Source of the DNA: Balanoglossus misakiensis
Taxonomy: Eukaryota; Animalia; Hemichordata
DNA length: 64,000 nucleotides
Assembly: GCA_040954595.2 (NCBI GenBank)
Contig: CM082585.2
Location: 10,891,995 to 10,955,994, forward strand
Direction: 5' to 3'
Below the pieces are notes generated by a model, which worked only from the letters and a program-made list of their open reading frames with translations, had not been told where the DNA came from and did no database searches. Below are positions 41,156 to 51,935 of this stretch, piece by piece (positions within the stretch are counted from its first letter, which is position 1; the number at the start of each line of letters is the position of its first letter). Position numbers and translations under genes: made by a program.

Positions 41156-42225
41156 CTAGTCTTCGCAGTCGATCCCATAACCGAGCGTACAGAGGATGAC
41201 AGCAACAAGTGCCACGCCAGCAATGGCGGCTCCGAAGACAAGATACAAGAGTAACAGGAGGATTATCCACCCGCCGCCTTTCCCGCCTGGTGAGTACCTG
41301 TAATGAGGAGGAAGGGAAGAAGATGGATGCTCTATGATAAACAATCTTGAACGTTTGTCAACCTTCATGCATGCTTGTGTGAAGTCTATTATATTATACC
41401 AGTATATTGATGGTGTAAATCACGCTATTTGATTGGTCGAGACACGACACGTGACCGTGATATATTAGCCATATACCACAGTCATATATCATAGTTAAAG
41501 AAAATGCCTTTTTAAAATGTTTTATGCAAAGTTTCAATATACTGGCATAATATAATAGCAATAAAACACCCCCAGCCATGGTATACCACTCGATTTTGAC
41601 CAGTTCAACTCCATATACGCACTCGCTATCGCTCGTGCGTATATGTCGTGAACTGGTCAAAATCTCGTGATATACCATGGCTGGGGGTGTTTTATTGCTT
41701 AAATACATGTGGGAAAGGATCAACATATCTGCCCTGTAACAACTGGTAGAACGTACTTACGCGTACTTACCAGTTGTAACCAGTTTCACAAAGCCAACAC
41801 TGGCGGCAACACGAACCACAGTTGTTGTCAGGACAACAAGTGCAGTCAACACCTCCGCAATCCCTCGCATAATCTTTTTCGTCTTTGACAACTATAACGT
41901 CAGGTCTGAAATCAGAAATTTACTGCAAGCTGAAATTGTCAATTTTAACTTTTAAACCTAGATTATTGTTACCACGAACAGATCTCCCCAACATCAACGT
42001 AAAAGCACAGACTTTAACTCACTGTGTATTTTGCTGGGTTACAAAAACCGCATTGTTTTGTTGAATTGTCGGTGCGATAGGGGGCGACTGTTGGTAGTAT
42101 GGCTCGGGTTGCCCCGGTATGGGCTGGTATGCTTCCGACGGGTACAGCGGCATATCCGGGTAGGCTGGAGGCGGGGTTTGTTGAACAGGACCCGGATGAG
42201 TCTGTTGAGGGCCCCCGTCGGCCAT
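41156..42225 (-). CDS. PPxY-rich / Cys-rich / C-terminal membrane protein, paralog A (159 aa), family unassigned
   Basis: Exons 42023-42225, 41771-41905, 41156-41297, both introns phase 2. Spliced protein: MADGGP...PPPAY...QQNTQ-PDVIVVKDEKDYARDCGGVDCTCCPDNNCGSCCRQCWLCETGYNW-YSPGGKGGGWIILLLLLYLVFGAAIAGVALVAVILCTLGYGIDCED*. Confidence 0.9.
41557..41699. mobile_element. Palindromic non-autonomous element of about 143 bp in intron 2 of paralog A
   Basis: AGCAATAAAACACCCCCAGCCATGGTATA pairs with TATACCATGGCTGGGGGTGTTTTATTGCT. Inner arms GATTTTGACCAGTTCA/TGAACTGGTCAAAATC and ATATACGCAC/GTGCGTATAT surround TCGCTATCGCTC. Confidence 0.75.
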
Positions 42226-42252
42226 GATGATTTGCGAAAGACCTGTAACGAG

Positions 42253-42308
42253 TCATCATCATCATCATCATCTCCACCACCACCACCACCACCACCACCA
42301 CCACCACC
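42253..42308. repeat. (TCA)n(CCA)n compound trinucleotide repeat
   Basis: tcatcatca... followed by ccaccacca..., in the 5'-UTR intron of paralog A. Confidence 0.9.
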
Positions 42309-43259
42309 GTGACCTTGTCCTTTCAAGTTGGTCAAGCAGAGTTCACGTACATGAAATCATGGAGGTAGCTCCATGACGAAATTTAATTCAATAGAGGGCA
42401 TACTTGTAACTGAACCACTAATTTCTCAACACGTTTGCAAACCAGATACATGTACTCTGTAAACCCTAATCGACAGATCATATTGAATGCGGATGGTTGA
42501 ACCTTGTTTTTAAAGACGTCGGTGGACACGACGCTACCATTATTTCGTCCGAGGTTACGAAATCTCAGACTGCCAAAATTGTACGCGCAGCGATTGGACA
42601 AGACATTGTCCTCAGGGTGGAAGGACAGTGAACAAGACACGACATGACATGTACTCAGTAGTATTTTTAAGAAAACAAGTTGCTTTCGTGTACTTTAAGA
42701 AAACTTACCTCCGAGAAAACCGAAGAGATCAACTCGGGGAAAGTATACGTAGCGGGTCTCGATGTTGTGAAACCCTGACGCGAGATATGTTACTCATGAC
42801 GACACACCATTCATAGAACACATACAGACCATTATTGTGCGGTTGCCGCGGATACAGCTTTGATGAGTTGAAATTGTAAATCCTTGGGACTTTTTGATGC
42901 TGTCTGAATACCAGCGTTTTGTTGGCTGCAACCACAATAGGTTGCTAATTTATGGGTGTATTGTATCATCGGAATTGAGAAAACGTCTACCTATTGTTGT
43001 ATTTCTCGACCCAGTAAGGCACTCCTGATGATTTGATGTCGTTCTGTTGAAAATAATAGGGTTTTGTTCAAAAGGTAAAACGTTGATGCGCGACAATAAA
43101 TAGTGCGCCACGGTTCAAGTCTTTTTACGTTCACTGCAGTAACTTTAAAGAAGAAAGGTAAAATAGACAACGGACATAACTCAAGAGGGCACACTCCACC
43201 TGCCACTCCTGTGTTTTCATATTTCTCTCTCTCTCTCTCGTGTGTGTGTGCCTCTGTAC

Positions 43260-43293
<34 letters not shown>

Positions 43294-44001
43294 GTAAAAT
43301 AAATACCCTGATATCACGGTAGTCCAGTCCAGTCCAACATTACCTGACCAAAACAAAATTATGTCTTGTGTATTTATTTACACAAATAACTTTAAAGATT
43401 TTAAAAATTTTCAATACATGTACATAAAAATATTATTAGTCGAATATAAAATTATTAAAAACACTGCTAAAGTTACTCATATATGCAAAACACTGTCCAA
43501 GAACGCATTTTCACTATGGTCCATTTTATACTGAAGGAAGTTGACACCGGCCGTACCTTCTTGCTCTACCCGTTGTACTTCATCACGCATGAGTGAACGC
43601 TGCTTTCGCTGCTTTGATTTGTTAACTTTTAGTTCCTTCTTGTCTTTTTAGGTCACTACTCACATTACGGACAGAACAACCTGAGAAGCCAACATGCAGT
43701 TTGAATTTTACTCATTTGTTAACACTTTTAGTCGGAATACAGGAACAAGTAAGTAGAATACAATTTACAACCAAAGCAATCGACAGAGATGGGCGCTCGT
43801 TTCAGAACAGAACGGGCAGCCTACTCTTTTCCAGGTTACAATAAATATATAATGCAAGTCTCTTTACTGATTGGTTTATGGTATATCGTGAATGGACGGA
43901 ATGGCCAATAGGAACTGCCAGACATGTGGCGTCCGACATTTCTCCGACATCGAATATGATGTATGGTATGAATGTCTCTTGGACGGCTGCGTCCGTATAT
44001 T

Positions 44002-44828
44002 TTAGTCGGTGTAGTACACGCAATATACTCCAATCACAACGGCGACAACGAAGAGACAGACTGCAATGGAACCGAGGATGATGTACAATAAGATGATGAT
44101 CAAAATCCAACAAACGCCCTTGCCGCCAAACGAATACCTGTAAAAGTATGAAAGCATTCCATTGGTCAGTGCGAATAAGCTCTTATATTCTTTGTTTGTG
44201 GCGTTTCTTGCTGCGTTCACTTTCTGCCGGCTTGTGATATGTAATTTTCCGATGTACTCTTGAAAATAAGGGTAATAGGATTCAGGAACCCTCCACAGGG
44301 CTATTTCAGAAGAATATCCGACGCAATCCTGTTGCAAAAAAATCCCAAATTACTCAACAACCCGAGATGTCATGGCCGGCCACTTACCAGTTGTGATTTC
44401 GGTCACATGACCAGGCTGATGCGCAGCATTGGCCACAGGCGTTGCCAGGACAATTATCTGTACAATCCATCTCGCACGGGTTAACTATTTCTTCTTCCAC
44501 GACGATAACTTTTGGCCTTATGTGAAAACAATGAAAGGTGGAAGTATTAATCAAGCTGTGCCTTTACGTAATTCATTATCATTGTACTGTATTTGTAAAA
44601 ATGGTGAATTGTGAGCATATTAGATTGTCGGTTTGTATTGACTTACTCTGCTGGCTGCTGGTTCATAACGACAACAGTGTTCTGCTGTGACATCATCGTC
44701 GTCTGTTGAGGCGGTGGTGGTTGCGTATAGTACGGCTGCGGTTGTCCAGGCAGGGGCTGGTTGGGATACGCCGGCTGATAGGTCTGCGCCGGTTGTGTTT
44801 GGTAGGGTGGCGGTGGTGCATCGGCCAT
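44002..44828 (-). CDS. PPxY-rich / Cys-rich / C-terminal membrane protein, paralog B (148 aa)
   Basis: Exons 44647-44828, 44388-44516, 44002-44137. Spliced protein: MADAPPPPY...QQPAE-PKVIVVEEEIVNPCEMDCTDNCPGNACGQCCASAWSCDRNHNW-YSFGGKGVCWILIIILLYIILGSIAVCLFVVAVVIGVYCVYYTD*. Confidence 0.9.
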
Positions 44829-46621
44829 GTTTTTCAGACGTCCTGAATGTAATCAGAGTAAAAAAAACCTTGGAATGACCGTTTTGTACAAGTCGAAACC
44901 GCAGTATGGAGAAGTGGTTTTTAAAGATATCGAACGCGAAGACTTTTACTGTCTGCGTCATACATCATTGGATGCATGGCTTTCTCAGAAGACTAATTCA
45001 ACAATCCGTCTTGAGGGACAGCCCCTCAACAGTCCCTTTACCACACACTGTAGTTTTATACCGAACTTCACGCTTGGTTGGGTTCACGCGTATCACCCTT
45101 TCAACACCAGCAACAACTTGTCGTCATGTTGTTGTTTTGTTTTCAAAATGTACCTCATAACTTTTACCTTATATCTAAAATTTTGATCCAGACCTCTAGA
45201 CAAAGGAAGACGAAGCCCACTTGGTCTATAATTAAGGTGAATTGTGCGAAATGATACAAAAATGCTGCAGCACGATTTTGGAACGACAAAATGTGACGTT
45301 TGAAGGGTTAGTGGGCAATGCGAGCGGCAAACAATACACCTGTTTGTAATGATGTAAACCGGGGAAAATCGACACCCACCAATGTCGACATGTTTTCGTA
45401 GCGCACCTGTTGAACTGTATCGAAGTCTAGTGTGCAGTGCATAAACACCTGGACCAAAGTTGTCGTGTTTGAAACTGTTTTTCTTCAGCAGTGTTCTTGA
45501 CAATAACAGGTGGTAGGCTATATAATGAAGAGCCACTGTTGAATAATCGATGGCATTTTTGACCGCCATACAACATCTCTGGAAATGGTGGAAATCCAGC
45601 CACGTATTCTGTTGTGTACATTTTATAAGGCGTATTTGGCTACTAGGTAATACTAAAAATCAAGCGGTAAGAACAGTTCATGGCAAAAATACAGTCGATT
45701 CCCCCAATTTAGAGTTTTATCAATTCAGCGCGACAGGTGTGTGTGTTTTGGGGAGGGGTGGGGCTTACCTTGAGCGCGGAACAGCAAGCAACAGAAAACT
45801 GAAGACTTCTGAAACGTTTCTTCAACTGGCTCCTGAGACCCAGATACTTCTGACAACATGCGCATGCTTATAATATACTGGACTTCAGTTGGCATGGCTA
45901 CACACAAACATACCGTGCTTGACCAATGTGAAAGTGTCACGTGTCACTGCGCCCAGTCCTATGTCGGTAAGAAGAGAAGACCTCTGGGTAAGAACACTCA
46001 CAAGACCACAGTCTGCTTTTATTTTCGATCGGTAATATTTATTCATAAAAATGCCCACATCGTGCAGAGAGAGAGAGAGAGAGACACTCGAAGGAAGTTA
46101 ATCGCAAAATCTCAATCTTAAATGATACATATAGTCGTATTTTTCAGTGAATTTAATAACCGGCAACTCAAGGCAGAAACTTTGACAACTTTATTCACGT
46201 GCGCTGACCCCAGACATGAAAGTTCCTTCACTTGCATTGACGAGGATGTGGATCGATAATTCTACGACATAACGTGACATCATGTCAGCGAAGTGTATGA
46301 AATCGTCACACGAACAACAGAACGTACTAAGACCCAGTAAAATCGTAAATTGTTTGGAAAAACGCAAATTGAAATTTAGCCGGAGTATATAAAAATAAAC
46401 AAGCTTGTACCTGTCTTATCATATTCTAACCAAATTAATATGCCAAAATCAAACGTCTTGGCGTTCTCATATTTTGAGCGAATATTACAACGTTTACATA
46501 TGATTAGAGAAATACACATGTGACAAAGGTCAAATTCTTGAAATTTACATAAAGGAAAACATGTATATCAACGAAGGAACCCACTATGAAAACCGGTCAC
46601 TCAATGGGGTCAGAGGTCATT

Positions 46622-47529
46622 CTAATCGCCCTTTGAGCAACAGAAACACAAAATCATTAGGACACAGAGCGATATGGCCAGTCCAACAGTCCCGGCAATC
46701 AGATAGAAAAACAGCAGAAGTATAATCCAACCAGCTCCTTTTCCTGCCGGGGAATACCTAAAAGAAACAAAGGCATCGCTAAGTAGCTTAGTATAAATTG
46801 ATACATACATAATACATAATACATAATACATACATACATACATACATACATACATACATACATACATACATACATACATACATACATACATACATACATA
46901 CATACATACATACATACATACATACATACATACATACATACATACATACATACATACATACATACATACATACATACATACATACATACATTTACGATGC
47001 ATACACCTTACCATTTGTGGAATTTGTCACACTTCCACATTGAAGCGCAGCATCTTCCACATGCGTTGTCACAGCAACAATCACAATCCATTGGGCAGTC
47101 ATTTACTTCATTGTCTTCTATAACTATTGCATTTAAGCTAAAATGGCAATGGGATTGTAGAGTCAGTGACTTGTGAACTTATTTTAGCAATTAGTTTGGA
47201 GGTTATTATCAAATAGGGAAAACATGTTACAAAATAATAGGTCTTTGTATTGTGTATTCGGTATTATATCGGGTTTATCACTGACATTGAAAAAAAACTC
47301 ACGTTGGCTCTCGCGGTTGTTGCAATATAACCAATGTGTTTTCTGTGTGGTGGTATTGGGCGCCCTCAGGCCGGAAAGGAGGTTGTTGAACATACGGCTG
47401 CGACCGAGGGGTTACCTCCGGATAGTCGCGTTGGTATTGATGCGGCGGGTATCCAGGCGGGCTTTGGTGCTGAGGATACGTCGGATAATAGGGAGCAGGG
47501 TAAGGATACGACGGCGGTCCTTCGTCCAT
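46622..47529 (-). CDS. PPxY-rich / Cys-rich / C-terminal membrane protein, paralog C (162 aa)
   Basis: Exons 47303-47529, 47012-47137, 46622-46757. Spliced protein: MDEGPPSY...PPGY...REPT-LNAIVIEDNEVNDCPMDCDCCCDNACGRCCASMWKCDKFHKW-YSPAGKGAGWIILLLFFYLIAGTVGLAISLCVLMILCFCCSKGD*. Confidence 0.9.
46826..46991. repeat. (TACA)n microsatellite, about 41 units
   Basis: Perfect TACA array filling most of intron 2 of paralog C. Confidence 0.97.
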
Positions 47530-48656
47530 GGTTGCTGTCTTCGACTCTCTCAAATATACGCAAAAAAGTAGTTCCTGAAGAAGGGAAGGTGATCGAAGTT
47601 AGGTGAATAGTGCAGAGACTCCAGAGACGGATCTCGGGCTTGAATGTTATCAACTGACTTTGAAATGTTGACACTAACATACTAAGGACACAAAAAACGA
47701 AAACGAAAGAGGCATATAAATCCACAGGATTTGTTGTTTCGCAAACATGGTTCCGGTAAATCAATTGTTTTCTATGGTCAAAGCGCAGTATTTGCTAAAA
47801 CCAAACAGAGTGGCGTTAATAATGCCTGAGCTCTCGTACCTTAGTTCCAGCAAGGCGAAGTTTTCGTCCCGTGCTATATGTAAGGGCGTGTAACTTTCAT
47901 CTAAGACTGATGCACTTTTCGAAATGCGTCACCTGGACCGACACGTGACTGTATGTAAAACCATATACAGTAGAGGGGTAGGGCAGGTCGTCAGATATTT
48001 AGGAATTTCCAAGGTCATTCTCAATACTTTGATTTTATTGCGAAGAATACGTGTCACGGTGCATGAAACCACCAGGTCAGTGCTGTGTCAAGTCTCGCGT
48101 CGGCGGTTTTGGACAATTGATCAAGTTCGTATCCGTATCAGTATCCGGTCACGAATCTTTTGGAATACCAATCCTTTTGTTCGGCCAGATTAACCTACAT
48201 AATGTAGTTATATATGTTCGCAAAAGGGGGAAATAGGTCAAATTTCCCCAAGCTGTTTGCATTTATTCTAGTATCATATACAAATGAAATGATATAAAAT
48301 GCATGCAATATGTACAAAGTCTGAACAGTGCGCTTAACAAATACAAAAAAATAATAGAACTGATTTATGTAAATAAAAGTTGAATCTTAACATTGAGTTG
48401 TACATGTACATGTATTAGTAATTTTGTGGGTGATATTTTGTGTCGAATGAACCATATATAAAATTTTAAGCAGCGTTTTGTATTTGCACTTTGTCAAATA
48501 ACAGACATCAACAGAAAACATGTCTGTGGATACTGAAACAATCGAAAATCTGCAACGCAACTTGGAGCTGACAAGAAGTGTTTACTGCAGCAAATCTTGC
48601 AGTGGGTGCAGTCCTGGGCTTGATTGAAAGACAATTGGTTCATGTGTCCAGGCTTG

Positions 48657-49492
48657 TTAATCGCCTCCAGACAGGCAGAAACATACAGCGGCCAGAAAAA
48701 CACAAGAAATGGCCAGTCCAATTGTACCAGCAATCAGATAGAAGAGTATCAGAACTAAAATCCATCCAATTCCTTTACCGTTAACCGAGTACCTGCGGCA
48801 GAGATAAATGTTTGTCAGATTCAAATTTTAGAGTATAACACACTATTTCTTGAATTTGTCAACTTGCAGTGTAAGCTTATTTAATCTTGCAGAGAGACGG
48901 AAACCTATATCGCAATAGGCCCGAATACACACTTGAAAGGCAACTAGATCTAGAACCAACCAACCAACCTACCATTTATGGTATTTGTCGCATTTCCACA
49001 TAGAAGCACAACATCTACCACAGGCATTATCGCCACATCCATCACAGTCCATATAGCAGTCATTAACAGCTTCGTCTTCCATTACTGTCACATTTTGTCT
49101 GCAAAAAATAATTACATTTAATTCCTATAACTCATCCCATATCCCAGAACAAACATTTGAAATTGAAAATATGCAACACCGACAAAACACCCGGATGTAA
49201 CGTCACTCGGAGGTCGTCACTGCTTTACTTACACTCTTTGCTCAGGTTGCATCATAACCACTGTGTTCTGCGTGTTGTGGTAATGAGCGCCACCATACGG
49301 AGGGTACTGCTGTGGTTGGGGATGTTGGTAGGGCCCCGGAGGGCTAGCGTACGGCTGCGGTGGTTGCCCCTGTTGCGGGTAGGCGTACGAAGGTTGATTT
49401 GCAGGTGCGTACGCAGGTTGGTTCGGCGCCGGGTACTGGGGGTATGCAGGGTCGTAGTAACCGCCAGGGTACGGCGGTGGAGGCTGATCCAT
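48657..49492 (-). CDS. PPxY-rich / Cys-rich / C-terminal membrane protein, paralog D (173 aa)
   Basis: Exons 49233-49492, 48973-49098, 48657-48792. Spliced protein: MDQPPPPY...PEQRV-QNVTVMEDEAVNDCYMDCDGCGDNACGRCCASMWKCDKYHKW-YSVNGKGIGWILVLILFYLIAGTIGLAISCVFLAAVCFCLSGGD*. Confidence 0.9.
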
Positions 49493-49733
49493 GATTTCTC
49501 TTTCCTACTTGTGGGGAATTTTTTTCAAAAAGAAAATAGAGAGCAAACCTGTTAACCTGTGCTCAATTCTTTCTAAAGAAAAATTAGGTCAATCAAATTA
49601 TTCAGCCTTATGAAATTGAAAATGACGGTTTGTAGCAGACTTTCTTCTTAAACCATTGACACATAGAATAATATGCAAGGAAGTACTGCCAAAGATGTCA
49701 ACAGATTTGAAGAAACAGCTTTCACCAGAACTG

Positions 49734-49754
49734 TGACGTCATCATGTGACGTCA
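49734..49754. promoter_or_regulatory. Two tandem perfect CRE palindromes (TGACGTCA)
   Basis: TGACGTCA at 49734-49741 and 49747-49754, upstream of the paralog D ATG. Confidence 0.55.
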
Positions 49755-51631
49755 GTACCTTCAGTACCGCTATGGCTGAGTACACAAGGTGGTCTTTTGT
49801 GACAGCTCGATACAAATGCAAACCAGCAAAAGGGAAAAAAACCTTCCTTCTGTCTTTTCGCTTTAGTTAGTGAGTTATAGTATCGTGTGTGTGTTTCTTT
49901 CATTATACTAGTATGTAGGATTATGATGTCATTTCATCGTTGGAAGTGTGAACTGTCTACAATTGTAGTTGGAATTCAGTATACATGTAGTACAAATGCG
50001 TCACTCCACAGCCACTAGGAGTCTACATTACTGAGCCGTCTTGTCAACGTCAGACTACGAGGGGAGTGACTTTCACGATTCCAAACTATATCTGGACCGT
50101 AACGCGACCGAAATGGGTCACGATGAAACTTACCTGGCGTGTTAGGCCGTGTACTTCTGTTGTTTCAATTCAAAATTCTTTAACAGTAAAGTGAACTCAG
50201 GCTGAGTGATTTAAATCATGTCGCGATTGTAAAAGTTGTAGACCTCGACCTGACCTGAATAACAAACAAAGGCAGCGTTTTGTTATGGCGACACCTCTTT
50301 ACTTGCTAAGTCACAACAACCGCTATTGACATCTGGCATTCCTTCACGGCCTTTCTCTCTCAACAAGGAGCATGCGCGTCGAGTATCATCTCGATGCGAA
50401 TTCTGTCGTTCTCGAAGCTTGTCACGCACGAACGTCAGAGAGTGACCGGTATACATGAAAACTCACGGACACAGAAAAGATAGACCAGTAACTGCCCCCA
50501 AAATAAAACATTTGTATTTAGGAAGACGCAGACGGACTTTGGACTGCTGTTGTGACTCAACAACTTCACTCCAGAAACGACAGTAAATGATCCGATATAC
50601 AAAAAGTGGTCTCCATTGACAGGGCATGGAAAAGTTTAACTACGAAATAAACCCTTTTAGCAAACAGACAACGGTGAAAAGACACCACACCTGTTTGCAC
50701 CTTCAGTTGAAGATTCGATCATCCAGCCATGTAACATACGGTCTCGACAATGCTCGTGAAGTACCGTTATGCTGTAAATAGCCTTGATTGTATTTTATTG
50801 CGGTTATAATTGTCAGCTAATCAAGATTTATGATTTATTTAAAGCTGACAGACGAGCCACCGCCATGACACCATAAAGAACGTACGTCGACAACATTTGA
50901 TAAGTCAGAATATGGCAACTTGAAATGTCTCGATGGCGCTCATTGGTCACCGCGATTTTAACCGAGCACTTGATGATCAATACTTTGTCAGAGCACACCT
51001 CTCATCAGCTTTCTACGCTGAATCTTTGTTGATGATGCGTGACAAAAAAAACAAAAACAAAAAAAGACAACCCAGTGAAGTTATCAACTTCAAACTTTCT
51101 TTATAACCACTGTGTAAAGTTGAACTGCGCTTGAGAACTTTGCAATATGTTAGGTCAATCATCCGTCGTAACACTGTGCGGCTATACTGGTGGAAATACC
51201 TTTACATTCTCAAAACAAAGGAAACCTTTTGTGGACGATACCCGACATGGAGGTGTTATCGGCCGAGGTATGCATACATTTAACGCATTGAAAATCACGG
51301 GCACCAGTTACACCATTGTGTCAGGTGCATTCTATTGACTGAGCTCACGGAGGAAACTTGCAGATTAAACTATGACGAAAGCATTGTACCGGGGATCTTA
51401 TTGACCCAACGGTGGAGTGAAGCAGAGGCAGATCAAACTCCCTCAATATATATCTGTGCATTGGAGGCGGTGAATCTACAGATATATCAGAAGGAACTGT
51501 TCAATTGGTGACACACGAGTGGCCGGTCGCCCGAGGGTGAGTATAGCAAACACACGACAATGGCGTTTATGCTAAACCACAGACCCTAGAGAGGGTCTAT
51601 GGAGAAACAGATCGACTTGAACCGCAATTCG

Positions 51632-51673
51632 GTTCTACTATGGAGATGTTATGTGTTATCTCCATGGTTCTAC
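51632..51673. mobile_element. 28-bp palindromic micro-insertion with a perfect flanking direct repeat
   Basis: GTTCTAC-TATGGAGAT gttatgtgtt ATCTCCATG-GTTCTAC. Confidence 0.7.
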
Positions 51674-51935
51674 AACGTACTTCGCATTTATCTTAGAGAC
51701 TCCGCTTTTCTGGGACGAAATTTCATTTTGACCCAAAATTCTATCTATTTTCTGACCGTCATTTGGACTATGGTTTGATGGTTGGAAATCCGCCATTTTG
51801 ACATTCAACTCGCGTGATGCAACAGGTTAAATCTGTTCATAAAGCTTTGCGTGTCACTTTCTTGCAGATAATGGTGCTTGCTGCTAGGGCCATTATGCAT
51901 TTCATCTGATCTCACCATGTTTCAAGATCTTAGAA

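Noticed and set aside
41250-41830. Resemblance of CWLC...YSPGG plus the hydrophobic stretch to the RING2-TM end of RNF19-type RBR ligases
   Set aside because: Only paralog A has CWLC, the Cys spacing does not fit RING2, and no RING1/IBR is present. Too weak to assign homology.
42014-42335. poly-Val/Met, poly-Gly/Asp and poly-Pro ORFs
   Set aside because: Produced by the trinucleotide repeat upstream of the real paralog A ATG at 42225.
46622-47014. ORFs with (MYVC)n repeats
   Set aside because: Translations of the intronic (TACA)n microsatellite. Only 46622-46757 is a real exon.
28320-50260. Scattered short (AGGTC)n/(GACCT)n runs near 28355, 32298, 41122, 43343 and 50241
   Set aside because: Too short and degenerate to distinguish nuclear-receptor half-sites from chance or simple repeats.
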